From positions 1-51,889 of the forward strand of contig JAHBMJ010000269.1 of the NCBI GenBank assembly GCA_018398765.1: DNA of 51,889 nt, in the 5' to 3' direction. Positions 23,947 through 35,879 of this stretch are shown here, piece by piece. The stretch is from Chromera velia. Lineage: Eukaryota. The first letter of the stretch is position 1, and every line of letters begins with the position of its first letter. The position numbers and the translations under genes were made by a program. The notes under the pieces are model-generated. The model had not been told where the DNA came from and did no database searches. It saw nothing but the letters and a program-made list of their open reading frames with translations.

Positions 23947-26900
23947 TCAAACCTCCTCGAGGGAAACAATCAGACCCCCCCGCCCTGCAGCAACCGCCGC
24001 GAGTTCGTCTTCGTCATCGATACGGTAGGACCTGTCTCTGATGTTCGCCTGGCCGAGGGCAACGACGTCACCCCTGTACCAGTTACGCACAACAAACGCA
24101 GTTCCCGGCAGAAACATAACCTCCCCCTCATCCCCATAAGCATGCTTTCCAACTTGACGCCCACTCACACTCTTCGTGATCACAAACACCACACCCTTCC
24201 CACCCCCAAACTCAGGCAACACCGATTTCGGAGGCGCTGCCGTACGCGCAAGAGCGTCGACTGCCGCGACGGCCGACTGCCAAGCAGGGACGGCAGAGGC
24301 AAAACCGTGCAATCGGAGCACACACCCTGGTGCAACTTCAGATCTCGGAAGGGTTCTCGGAGCTGCCATGTACAACTCCCCCCCCATCTGTGCAGCAGTC
24401 GGAAGACTCTCAAGGGCATCCCGCAGCACAGCACCGAAATCAACCAGAGAACGGCGGTTTCCGGGAACGTCCGCAATCAGGCCGCTCGGGGGTGCGCTTG
24501 CAAGCTCGTCGTTCAACGAACGGAGCAAGGAACCGTTCCGAGTTGCGGCGTGAAGTGTCAGCAGATACGCAGTGCGAGGTTCTGTGACGCCGCTAGCAAC
24601 TGCGCGAGCAGTGGCGATCTTGGAGACCCACATGTCCAGCTCCAGCTGTTCTTTCGGAATTACTTCTGCGGAGGGACCCAGACGGACGCGGTCCGGTGCC
24701 GCAGTCTGAACGGAGCAACTGCGCAGTAGCGCGAGGGCCGTGTCTGCATCCCCCCCCACCGTTGAACCTTGCTCTCCCAACAACACCAATCTGTCAGTAA
24801 TTGAGGACTGGAGAGTTGGGAGTTCTACGTTTCGGGTGGCCGGGCGGGGAGCAAGGAAAACAGCCATGGCATCTGCACCACCTCTGCGCTTCCTGACTTC
24901 AGCCACACGCGCTGCAGAAGGGAGGGGGGACCCCGGAACGTCCCCAACCGCATCCTTCAGGCTGTGCGAATTTCGCATCTGCGCCCATGCAACTGCATTC
25001 ACACCTCCCGCATCTTCACGCTTCACATCTGCACCTAGACCGACCAGAACTTCGACTGCGGTGGCATTTCCGTGTGCAGCTGCGATTTGCACTGCGGTGC
25101 TGCCATCGTCATCCAGAGGTCCGTCGAGGACCCGCAACACCGACAGCATTCCGGGCTCTGCCGCCGTCTCTCTTGCCTCCTTCACCACAGCTGCACAGGC
25201 CGCATTGGTGGCGGCGTCGCTGTACCCGACCGCAAAGGCCCGAAGAGGAACAACAGTGGGGCCGCACAGAGCGTCAGTGACAGCAGGGTCGCCACTGGCG
25301 TACGATCCTGCAGTGCGCCCAGAAGCGTCTCGCAGTGTGGTGTCGACTCCGTGAGAGACGAGGAGGTGCACTGCGGTAGCGTCTTTGCAGTGCGCAGCGC
25401 GGTGGAGGGGGGTGATTTTGTCTTTCGCTGCTCCTGCTTGGCTGTTTCCGTCGGCGCCTCTGCGCAGGAGAAGCGCGAGGGTCCGGTGACGCCCGTAGTG
25501 TACAGCCAGGTGCACTGCGGTACTGCCGGGAAGCACGGGGCCGTCTGCTGCGGTCACACTGTTGATGTACCCTTCCCCTCCGAATCCCGGCACCCCCCTC
25601 TTTGCGTGTTGTTCGGCAGCGTCAAGAAGGAGGGAGAGGCACTCAGTGCGGTCGCCCTCGACAGCCGCCTGCAACGGATTGAACCCGTCGACAGAAGCTG
25701 TCTGGAGCAGCTGGTCGGGATCGCATTGGTCGAGCAGCAAAGCTAGAATACCGGGTTGGTTGTTACGCACTGCAAGGTGAACGAGCGTGTCTCCTCGAGT
25801 CGTGACTGTGCCGGGGCCGTCAATCATCGCTCCCGCTGCCAGGAGCCGTTCGACCAGACGGAGGGTCCCCATTTGAATTGACACACCGATCGGTACCATA
25901 ACCTTCAAATTCGCAGCATTCACATCTGCACCGGAGTCAATCAGATAGTCAACGATACAAGGGTACTTCTTGGCGCATGCCACGTACAGAGCGGTGTTGC
26001 CCAAACGATTTCGTTCGTCCACCCACACCCCGGCCTTATCGACAATAAATTCACAATGCGGAAGGGACCCTTTTTCGACTGCGCGGTGGAGGAGTGTGTC
26101 TTCTGTTGAAACCAGTCTGGCGCTGGCTGCTTTGGGGGCAACCTCGAGGGCAGCCCGGAGAAGATCAAGCCACTCTTGGGTATCAGGTGCGTCGGGTTTT
26201 TTTGGAAAGCAGTCAGTGAAGACCCACTCAGGATCCATCGCTTCTTCTGCCGCCCCCTCTTCCCCCATCTCCTTCGCAGCCCGACGCAGAAGATCGACCG
26301 AACAGTGACGAAGTGCAGATCGCATCACAGATCCCCAACCGACAGGGCGACCTGCAGCACTCGCATGCTCAACACGCGCGAGGACCATAGCTAGAGACAT
26401 CGATTCGTCCACCTCCAGTGGTGGAAGCTGACTCTGACTTTGACTCCCGCCTTCCTTGGTGGACCCTACGCCCCCAGACACCCCCTCATCCCCCTCCTCC
26501 CCTTCATCATCTGCTTCTGGGAGAAGCAGAGACCCGGAGACAGACAACTCTTCCAACATACTCGCAGTACGAGTGTACCCTTCTCTGAGAGCAAAACGAA
26601 TGAGACGCTCAACCCGCGCCTCCTCGTCAATGCGAGCCCCCATTTCGATCAACACACGCACGGTCCTGTCAAACCCCCGACGCTTGATTGCCAGAGTGAG
26701 GGGAGTCTCGCCTTGGGCGTTGCGAGCACTCAACACTTTGCGTTTCGGCAAAGGCCCCACCGCATCGGTGAAGGCCTTCAGTGTGTCAGCCTGACCGAAG
26801 GCCGCAGCCAGATGAACGGCTGTGTTACCGTCCAAGTCACGCTCGCACACGGCCGCTTTCCATCCCGACGGATCGGGACAGGAGCCCTCAAGCGCGCTCC

Positions 26901-28848
26901 TTGCGTTCCCCCCACAATTTTTCTTCATTCCCCATTCGACAATCGACTGTTGCAGAAGAGAACGTCCCTCTCCCTTCAAGTCAATCTTGGCAGACACCTC
27001 TTCTACCGGTGCATCCACCGTCAAAACAGAACCTCCCGCTGTGCGCCTGCCTCTGCCTGTGCGTTGTGTGGGTGCTGCAGTTCTGCCCACGGTGCTGGGA
27101 GCCCCAGTGGTGGGTTCGGGGCGTGGCGCCTCAACGCGCACCTTCCCGGAAGAAAACGCGGAGGCTGAGGAGATGTCTTGAAGACGACCCACATTCACTC
27201 CCGAGGCACTCTGTGGCCCCTCCCACTCCCGCAGCACTGCCAGCTGTTCTAACAGAGCGGGGACTCTATCGTGTGCATCGGAGGCAACTGAGTCAACTGC
27301 TCGGATGCGGTTAGCAAGCAACGAGGCAGCAAGACGGACTGCAGCTGCAGGCAAGGGGGCTGTTGATGCTCCCTCCCCTGCGGGTGTTGTGCCGCGCCGC
27401 ACGAGGTCGATTGCCTCGTCGGCCACCCGATGGATTCGGACACCCACCCACGCACGACGCACTGCATCCACCGCAGCGAAAGAGGTGTCTTCAACAGCCA
27501 GCAACGAGTAATCAGGCGGCCCCCTCTCTTCAACCCCACCCTCCCCACCCGCCCCCGACGGATTCCCCCCACCTCGCACAGTGATAGCAACAGGCAGCAC
27601 AGCAGACGCGGGCGTATCTGTGCGCATGGCAACCCACGCGGTCGCTGTGCCGGTGCCATCGGGTTTCGTTCTGAGTTGCAGTGTGACCTCGTTACCGTCC
27701 GTCAACTCCTGCCCGGAAGCACCCAGAAATCTCCAGCACTGCTGATTCTGATGTGCATTCCCTGCCCCCTCTCCATTTCCCCCCATCACCCCCGAACTGA
27801 CGGCATTTGCAACTGTCACATCACACCCCCCGTGCGCACCGATCATCTCAAAAAACCCAGTCAGACGGGCACACAGAGCTTCTTCTGTATCCCCGGGTTC
27901 TGCGTACCTGTACTGCCCTCTGTGATTCCCTGCTTCCCGAATTTGCTCAAGAAGCACCTTGTCACACCCACTGGAGAACCCCACGGCATGGACGGTGATA
28001 TCGGGAGCCGAACCCTGGGGGCTCTGCTGAGCCAAAGAGGCGCGGAGACGGGAGAGAACAGACGAAAATTCATCTGCCAGACCGTCACGAGACTCGGAGG
28101 CCTGGCCATCGGTCATGAAGACGATGTGCACATTCTCAGGACAGGCGTCGGACTGAGCAGCCTGACGAATCGCCACACAGGCAGCGTCAAATGCTGCTCT
28201 GAAAGAAGTACCACCCCCCGCTCGCACTGCGTCGATGCGGTCCATGACGCTTTGCAGGGGGCCCTCAGTAGAGAGCAGTGATGCGTTGGATTGATAAGTT
28301 GCCACAGACAGAGCCACGTGACTCAGATGGGCACTTCGGGACATTGCCACGATGTGCTTCAACGCTGTCGACACCTGACGCCAGGGGGACCCCGACATCG
28401 ACCCGCTCTGGTCGACCAGAAGCACTGCGAGCACACGCCGGAGACCCAAACGGGGTGCGTTCGTGATACGGATCTGCAGACGTGCAACACGGTCCACGTC
28501 CTTTGCTGTGGTGGTTGGAACTGCCAAGGGAGCATAGGCAGCTGTCACTGTTGGGGCGGCGTCTGGGTCTTCTGGGAGGATCTCAAGAAGGTTACCTTCA
28601 GGCTGTTCTGGTTGCGCAAGGAGGGAGAGAATATCCTGAAGCGAGCGATTTCGAACAGCCTCTGTGGGGTCGAAGCCTAAGTCTTCAAAGGAGGATCGGC
28701 AGAGGGGACAAATCTGTGCCACCTCTGCAGAAGTGACCAGGGCGGCGCGGCTGCACGCCCTGCCACAGCACGGCAACGTAATAGGGTCCTCCAAAAGCTC
28801 CAGTGTGATGGGACACTGGAGCTCTGCGGTGAGCTGTTCTCGGTCCAT
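23947..28848 (-). CDS. Intronless 1633-aa RING/U-box - vWA - ankyrin repeats - ADP-ribosyltransferase-like protein
   Basis: CPITLELLEDPITLPCCGRACS..CPLCR (RING/U-box-like); DQSGS..GGTSF..MTDG (intact vWA MIDAS); more than 10 ankyrin repeats (DGNTAVHLAA, GETPLTLA, GNTALYVAC, GDTLVHLAV, GSTAVHLAV, ITPLHRAA); C-terminal LN..L..LESLP..LY..FAS..W..A..GVVFVI..SGRQV..EGEVMFLPGTAF, which fits the R-S-E ART fold. Confidence 0.9.
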   Translation of the reverse strand: MDREQLTAELQCPITLELLEDPITLPCCGRACSRAALVTSAEVAQICPLCRSSFEDLGFDPTEAVRNRSLQDILSLLAQPEQPEGNLLEILPEDPDAAPTVTAAYAPLAVPTTTAKDVDRVARLQIRITNAPRLGLRRVLAVLLVDQSGSMSGSPWRQVSTALKHIVAMSRSAHLSHVALSVATYQSNASLLSTEGPLQSVMDRIDAVRAGGGTSFRAAFDAACVAIRQAAQSDACPENVHIVFMTDGQASESRDGLADEFSSVLSRLRASLAQQSPQGSAPDITVHAVGFSSGCDKVLLEQIREAGNHRGQYRYAEPGDTEEALCARLTGFFEMIGAHGGCDVTVANAVSSGVMGGNGEGAGNAHQNQQCWRFLGASGQELTDGNEVTLQLRTKPDGTGTATAWVAMRTDTPASAVLPVAITVRGGGNPSGAGGEGGVEERGPPDYSLLAVEDTSFAAVDAVRRAWVGVRIHRVADEAIDLVRRGTTPAGEGASTAPLPAAAVRLAASLLANRIRAVDSVASDAHDRVPALLEQLAVLREWEGPQSASGVNVGRLQDISSASAFSSGKVRVEAPRPEPTTGAPSTVGRTAAPTQRTGRGRRTAGGSVLTVDAPVEEVSAKIDLKGEGRSLLQQSIVEWGMKKNCGGNARSALEGSCPDPSGWKAAVCERDLDGNTAVHLAAAFGQADTLKAFTDAVGPLPKRKVLSARNAQGETPLTLAIKRRGFDRTVRVLIEMGARIDEEARVERLIRFALREGYTRTASMLEELSVSGSLLLPEADDEGEEGDEGVSGGVGSTKEGGSQSQSQLPPLEVDESMSLAMVLARVEHASAAGRPVGWGSVMRSALRHCSVDLLRRAAKEMGEEGAAEEAMDPEWVFTDCFPKKPDAPDTQEWLDLLRAALEVAPKAASARLVSTEDTLLHRAVEKGSLPHCEFIVDKAGVWVDERNRLGNTALYVACAKKYPCIVDYLIDSGADVNAANLKVMVPIGVSIQMGTLRLVERLLAAGAMIDGPGTVTTRGDTLVHLAVRNNQPGILALLLDQCDPDQLLQTASVDGFNPLQAAVEGDRTECLSLLLDAAEQHAKRGVPGFGGEGYINSVTAADGPVLPGSTAVHLAVHYGRHRTLALLLRRGADGNSQAGAAKDKITPLHRAAHCKDATAVHLLVSHGVDTTLRDASGRTAGSYASGDPAVTDALCGPTVVPLRAFAVGYSDAATNAACAAVVKEARETAAEPGMLSVLRVLDGPLDDDGSTAVQIAAAHGNATAVEVLVGLGADVKREDAGGVNAVAWAQMRNSHSLKDAVGDVPGSPLPSAARVAEVRKRRGGADAMAVFLAPRPATRNVELPTLQSSITDRLVLLGEQGSTVGGDADTALALLRSCSVQTAAPDRVRLGPSAEVIPKEQLELDMWVSKIATARAVASGVTEPRTAYLLTLHAATRNGSLLRSLNDELASAPPSGLIADVPGNRRSLVDFGAVLRDALESLPTAAQMGGELYMAAPRTLPRSEVAPGCVLRLHGFASAVPAWQSAVAAVDALARTAAPPKSVLPEFGGGKGVVFVITKSVSGRQVGKHAYGDEGEVMFLPGTAFVVRNWYRGDVVALGQANIRDRSYRIDDEDELAAVAAGRGGLIVSLEEV

Positions 28849-29929
28849 TGCAGCTTAGAAGTGCCTGCAGATAGAAAGGAGGCACATACGATGGTAATAT
28901 TTCTGTCTCTTCCACACTTTACGAAACGGCCAGAGCCAGTTTTAACCTGCTTCGAGTCGGGTGAGCTTCCTCGCTTACCGTTTTCTCTCTTCAAGAACTT
29001 GTGGCGGAAATTTGGTCAAAAATGATCTCTTTCCGGTTGACGTTGTTGTAGAGACCAGGAGACGCCGATTGAAAAAGCGGTGAACAACAGAAGGAAGGAA
29101 CAACACTCACTTCAGCCGTTTCGTCAAGACGAAAAATTCAGCGCCAATTTCAGGGTTGCACGCGGTCTGCTACGCATGCGCAAAAGAGTTGTCCAAGCTG
29201 AGAAGTGGGAGATAGTGAGAGTGTTTTTTCGGCAATTAAAGACTCACATATGGTCAAAATTAGGCTAATTAGCAAACTGACTGAATCCAAACCCGATTAG
29301 TCGGGTCGATCCTGCAGTGCGCGGTCGCCCCGACCGAGCTATATAGCGGTCGCGGAGGCGCGCTGAGCCGTCACCGTCTCAGCCGTGCTGCATTAATTAT
29401 GTACTAATATAATATAATTCGATCGTGACATGCACATGCACATATGCAGTGGCGCCATATGTGGCGCCGCCATGCGCCGCCACGTATGGCTTCCAATTTC
29501 TGACATAGTCGTGCAGCTTCCGTCTCTGTCGGTACTGGAATTTCAGACATTTTCAGACAGCTTCTCTGCTTCTCTGCATGCATGAAGCTTCATCATTGAC
29601 TCAACCGATTCAATACGACTATGCACGCTGGTGCATTTCCCTGCAGCGCTTCTCCTCGCGTGTGCACTTGGATTTTGTAGATCAACCGAGGTGCGCGCAC
29701 AGTCTGCTGGTGAATTCGTGCGCAGACTTTCGAAACCTCTGGATCCACGTCGATCAGTTGAATTCTCGACGAACAAAGAGAAGAAAAACCAGGCTTCCAG
29801 CTGTCTCCTGGGGAGCCATTTTGTTTCGGTTCTCCAAATTTGAAGGACTGATAACCAGAGTGGGTCCGTCTGAAGTTTTATTACTTTTTTGAGAGAGCTA
29901 TCAACTGTTTTTCATCCTCAGAAGGCAAT
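28849..29929. promoter_or_regulatory. Probable bidirectional promoter region
   Basis: About 1.08 kb between divergent ATGs; CpG-rich core at 29290-29490. Confidence 0.4.
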
Positions 29930-32900
29930 ATGGATCCGTCTGTGGAAGGCGACGGCTCCCAGATGAGGAAAGAAAGTGAGGCCGCCGATGATGCGGCGAT
30001 GAGTGCGGAGGAGCGATGGCACTCGTTGAAAGAGGGGGACCTTGTGGAGGTCATGATGGAGAAGAGCATCAGAGCATACCCATCCACTGTTACAAAGAAG
30101 GAAAACCCGTTCGTGTCGCCAAAGAGCGGTCTGATGAGGTATCCGATCGCTTTCAAAGAGCGTCCAGGAGAGATGCGCTACAGAGGCACGATAGATGCCG
30201 CTTGTGTGCGTCGAAATGACGGTTTCTCGAATGACATTCAGAATAGAGGCCGGAGACGGGGTGCACTTCAGACCCTCCGTTCTCAAGCCTCGTCCTCCTC
30301 CGCCCTTCATGACAACCCTGAGAAACCGCATTCTTCTGCCCCCCCCTCCCAGGCAGGGGATCTAGACGTTCCTCCTGGTGCCGACGGTGCCAGTGGGGGC
30401 CCTCGTTTGGTTTTGCGCACTGCCCTCGGGGAGGGCGACGCTGTCGATGGCAGTGAGGACGGGAGGCTGTCAACCAGCCGTTTCATAGACCAGGTCGCGA
30501 GACGGCTGAGTAAAGGGGAGACGGCAGAAGAACCAACCAGCAACCAGCAGCCCTCAGTTGAGCTTGACGCAGCAGCAGCCGCAGCTGCCGAGCCAGAGAC
30601 GGGGACTGCGAAGGAGGCCGAGGGGCAGACCGCCTCGAGGGGCACCCGCGCGAAGCCTCGTCAGCCCCTTGTGAAGAAGAGAAGCGTTCCAGAGGGAGAG
30701 GCCGCCCCCGCTCTTGTGAAGAAGAGGAGTATAGCGGAGGGTGCAGACAGAGAGGGAGAGGGGGAGAGAGACGGAGACGGGGAGGGAGAGAGAGAACCCC
30801 CCTCACGCAGAGGACGTGCCAAGAGACGCCTGGAGGTTCCGGAGAGGGGGGGAGAGAAGCAGAAAGAGAAAGGGAAAAGGGGAGAGGAAGAGGCAATGAC
30901 CGACACGGGACGAACTAGGAGAAGGGGGGGGGCGCGCGCGGCAGCAGCGCCCGGGGGTCGTGCGAGGCAGCAGAGGCAGCAGGAGGATTTGGGGGTTGTG
31001 TATGGGGGGGTGCCAGACTATGCAGGCCCTTCCGAGTCTGTCCCCGACCTCGGTCTTGTGCACGACGAGACAACGGAGCTCCGAATCCCGTCAGTAGAAG
31101 AGCTTCTCCCAGGTACAGAGATAGAAGTGAAGGCCCCGAAAGGCGACGTTATGCGCCACTGTTTTGTCACCGCCGTGAAGGAAGACAGATGGGGGGGGTT
31201 GTGGGTGCAGTTCAAAGCCCAAGGGCTTGGGTACACGGGCAAAGCGCATCTGCATGAGGTGCAGACCGACAATGGGTGGTCAAAGCATTTAGGCCTTTTC
31301 TATGAGGGTGCTGAGGAGGGGCAGGGGGGGCGTTATGGGACTAGGCTGAGGGGGGGTGAGGGGTCCAAAATTTCCAGAGCCACCACACCTGCCCCTTCCC
31401 CCCCACCTGAGCCCTGTACGTGGCAAGAGACCGGGGGCCTTGTGGGGGGGCCACAGAGGGGGGGGGGGCGTGCTGTTCCCCCTCCTGTAGGAGGTCTTCG
31501 TGTGAGGAGGGGGGCGAGCGGAGAGGCATCAATGGCACCCGCCGCCGCCGCAGCAGCAGGGGGAGGTGGTCCGCGTAGGGTTGCTATGCGCGCCGCCGGC
31601 CTTTATCCACAGGCTGCCGGGGGCAGAGAAGGAAATGCCGATGCTCAGGACAACCCAGTATTTGCTGAAAGGCGTATACAAAACCTGAAGCGCATTCTTG
31701 ATGCTTCAAGAAAACCTCCGATCTGGGCGAACCCCGACTGCGTCTGGGTGTACAACGACCGTTTGAAGAGAATGGCTGCCTACAATCGCGGTACGATCTC
31801 TCGAGAACGAATGGAGCGGATGGCTGCGATGATGTCTCACTACAGGGTGCGGTGGCGCACCCTCCCCAGGCTAGACGAACAGGCAGAGTCGGAGTGGAGA
31901 CAGGCGGGGTTTGACGGCAAAACCACGCTCGCGTTGCCCCGACAGGACCAGGAGAACTGCGGCACTGCTGCGTACCTCTCTCTGGACGTTTACAGCGGCA
32001 CTCTGCGGTCAGTGCATCTATTTTCATACAGAATTCTTTTCATACAGCGTTAGTCAGTCGGTCAGTCAGCCAGTCAGTCCGTTCCCTTTCATTCGGACAA
32101 CCCCCTAGCAAGATAGATGCAAGGCAAAAAAACAAAGAAAAGAACAGAGAAGTGAAATGAGACGCCGGCCCTCCCTGGTGGTCTGTCTGCGCTGTAGGCA
32201 GGCAGGACTTTCTTCTCCTTTCGTTGTTGCTTTCTTTTATCTTCACAATTGTACAGAAGTCCTTCCTTTCTGATCGTGTTTTTTAGTTTGTTTGTTGTGC
32301 GGATGCTCCCTGGCTTTTGGCTTCTGTCTTTCCTCTCTACCTCGCAACTCTTCATTTTCATCTTCTTTTCTTTGCCCTCTCGTATGTGAGCGTGTATTTG
32401 CGTGCATGATTTGTTTTCACTCATGGATGCAATAGGAAAGCCGCTCTTTCCTCCTTTTGCTTCCGCCTCTGTCGCAGAACGTTACCCTTCTCTGCCTGAA
32501 ATGTCAGACGCACGCAAGGACGCATCAAAATTCTCTGCGTGCGTCAATTCTCTGCCTGCTCTCTGTTTGTTGTTTTGTTTTTTCGATCGATGGATGCATG
32601 CACAAAGAATGCAGGTCTGCGGGACTTCTGCCGAACGGCAAACCTTTGGGGCGTCGTCCAGTAAGTTCAATCGGTGAGTGGGTGCGGTCGAATGTGGAGC
32701 CGGAGATTTTGGAGGCGTGGCCTGCGGAGTGTGCCCTGAGGAACAAAGAGAGAGCAGAAAGGAGAATTGCCGTAAGAGCGGCACACGCAGAGAGACAGCA
32801 GAACCAGAGAAGAGAAGCGGAGTTTGTCGGGGAGCCTGCACAATCTCAAAAAGAGAAGAGTGAGAAAGAGACAGAGAAAAGGGGGGGAGAAAACTCACTT

Positions 32901-34772
32901 AAGGAAGCAGCTTCTTCTCTGCCCCCTACGTCTGCCTCAGTTCCATTCGATGCTGCTGGAGGTGGTTCAGGAATGGCGAACGCAGAAGGGGAAGTGGAAG
33001 TGGAAGTGGATGCACAGGGGGATGTGAAGATGATGGGTGATGAGGGGAAGGGGGACCCCACTGCGGCATCTCTCCCCCCCCCTCCCCAGACCCACGCCGG
33101 CCCAGGTCCATCCTCCCGTCTCTTGGCCTCTCTCGCTGTGATTGTGCCTGTCTCTGTGTCGATTCCCCCGGAGGATGGGGGTCCTTCTTCTTCGTCTACG
33201 TTGTTTGCCCCTGTGCCTTCTGAGGGTGTGGGGAGGGCCGCAGAGAAGAACAGAGAGGAAAAGGGAGCAGAGAACGAAGAAAAGGTATCGGGGGGGATGG
33301 AGGAGAGAAAGAATGGGTCGGAGGAGGATGGAGGAGACACGCAAAAAGAAAGGCAAGAAAGAGTGAAGCGTGGGAGGAGGCAGAGTGAGAGTGACAGAGA
33401 TGAAGAAAATGGAGAGGAAAAGGAGGAAGAGGACGAGGAATGGTTGGATGGCGTATCCTCCGATGAAGAGCCGAATGAGGAAGGCCTCTTTTGGGCTCTC
33501 TACCCTCCTGAGAGTTTGGCTCTCCTGTACGCGGACTCCCACGTTTTCCTCCAGGTAGGCCCCCTCTCTCTCAGTCAGGAGCACTACGCGGGCACTCACT
33601 CAGTGCCCTCTTCCTTTTCTCTCCCTCTCTCTCTCATATTCTCCCTCCCACTGAAAGACATAGACTTCCAGGAGTAGGCCCAGGTGCACTACCTCTTTGC
33701 CCCTTGACTAGGCGTATCCTTGCATCTCCATTCCCTCGCTCTCTTCCTCTCTCCTACGCATCTACCTGAAGATTCACTCGTCTTGCTCCTTCGCTCCCAG
33801 ACAACAAGAGAGAGTGGTAGACAGATGTGAGATTGCATGATTCATTAGGTGTTCAACTGCTTGTGTTGTCTTGATTGAGGGGGGGGGTGGCTGAACGCTC
33901 GGGTGGGTGTGGGGGTGGAAATGAGGGAGTCAGCTTGGTTTCTTTGTTTGGGGATTTTTGTTTTTCTCTTTTCTTCCCTCACTGACTTCAGTCTGTGTGG
34001 TCTTCTCCCTCCACGTGCTTCGGTCTGTGTGGGAATGAGTGATCAACCAAGAGACACAGCTAGGCAAGGTGGCCTCCTCCTCTGCGGCTGAAGAGAGAAC
34101 GAACACCCATTTGACTCATAAGACATGATCGAGGCAACTAAGTTCACTTGCTTCTTTCTTTTTGCTGTCTTGTTTGTCGTCTTGCTGCAGGCCGAAAAGA
34201 CGCGTCAGGCGACCCGCAAGATCGCCAGCGAGAGGGTGGAGAACGAGCGGCGGGCCTCTGCCAAGAAGGCAGCAGCAACAGCAACAGCCCAACAAAATCG
34301 TCTCGGACACCTCCCCCAATACAGGTTCTCCCAGGGTTCCTCCTCCTCTCTTTCAGGTACACAACAGCACCAGCAGAGAGAGGGCGAGAGCTCTTTTTCC
34401 GCTCTGCAGGGAGAAAGCAGAAGCCGAAAACGAGAGAGAGACCCTGCAGGGGCAATCGCCACTTTAAGACAACACTTGGAAGAGACGGGAGTGGGAGGAG
34501 GTAGGCTTCAGGGAAAGCTCGGAAGGGGTGGGGGAGGGGAGGAACAAGGGGGAGAGTCTGACGACTCTGACTGTGAGTACGTATGGGCCCATTTCCCCCA
34601 TGGGACTCACCCTGCTGCGTGGCGGCGGGGCATTCCTGAGTCTGTCCAGCGCCTTGCAAACTCCTCGTGGTACCGCGGCTCCCCCCCAGGCCCAGGGCCC
34701 GGCCACCCCGATTCGTCCGGTCCCGCACCTTCATCATCGATGCCCCCCACAATGACTGCCACGAGAACTTAG
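29930..34772 (+). CDS. Hypothetical 1199-aa protein, 3 exons, two Tudor/SH3-fold-like repeats plus long disordered regions
   Basis: Exons 29930-32007, 32615-33554 and 34191-34772 (3600 nt) are joined in frame by GT-AG introns. Repeats: LKEGDLVEV...YRGTID..VRRNDGFS and LLPGTEIEV...YTGKAH..VQTDNGWS. Confidence 0.75.
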
Positions 34773-35879
34773 ATGTCTCGTTCTGATGAAATGAGGCTTG
34801 CGGTGGCAAGTCAGTCCGTACGTCGCTAGGTACGTCGGCCTGTCATAAACTTGAATGCAGCCCTGAGTCAAACTAAGAGTCAAAACAGTCATAAATATAG
34901 TTGCTTTTTGGTCAACGTTCAGTTTGAAGCCAGCATAAGCTAGCCAGGCTTATACCAGTTTCATTATCATCATCGTTTAAAATAATTTATGACGTATATA
35001 CCTAATTGTATTCCTAGTGATTCCTAGAAGCACTCCTCTACTATATGTTTTGGACCTCTAGTTTACGTTAGAGTTTACGCTGTGAGGGTCTATGAAAAAA
35101 TTAAGTTTTGTACCGTTTTTTACTACAGTTTCAATGTCAGTTTGTCTATAACTTAGCTTTTTCGCGTGTTACCACCGAAATTTAAAAACAGAATTTGAGG
35201 CTAAATTTTTGGGCGTTGTGTTCTTATTTGACGTTATATTTCAAAGTTAGTCTGCAAACTCCTAGGCGTGCATGATTCATATATTCATTATTACACTAAC
35301 ATATTTTAATATGTAGATTTTTACATATGTTTGGGACCTAAAAAATATAAATCTTTACATAAGGTATGTAAAGTCTGGTGTAAAGTATAACATCATTAAT
35401 TATCATTAATTAATCAACTAATAACATACAAATTTTTAAAAAAATGTTTTTTTTTAAACCAAATTAATATCATTAACTCTTTTATTACCAGTTTAACAGC
35501 AGCGTGCCAATCGATCAATCGGTCTTTCAACCCTGCATGCAGCCTTCCAACGCTCTTCGGTTGATCAAGTTGGACTGGAGTCAGAACGTCATCAAAATAC
35601 GTTGATCACTCCAGCTGAAATTAATGCCAGATCGAGAGTCTTTGCAGGTAACGCCTGAACTGGATGCCGTGCACACCGGTCATCCTTTGCTTACACTGCC
35701 TCACAGTGCTCGCACAGAGAGCTGCATGGGTGTTACAGATTCGATTTCTACATGTTCGATGCAGAGGTATACGGATCACCGGAAGCAGCAGCAGCAACAG
35801 CAGCAGCAAAGGACGAAGGAGCGAGGATGTTCATTCTTCTGATTGTCTTTGAGCCGCCTGTGTGGCTCGAGTATCTGGG

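Noticed and set aside
24142..28680. Many plus-strand ORFs of 100-280 aa
   Set aside because: Shadows of the GC-rich 1633-aa minus-strand gene.
29285..29490. GC-rich short palindromes as a tRNA or structured RNA
   Set aside because: Stems are only about 5-6 bp, with no cloverleaf or A/B boxes; more likely promoter sequence.
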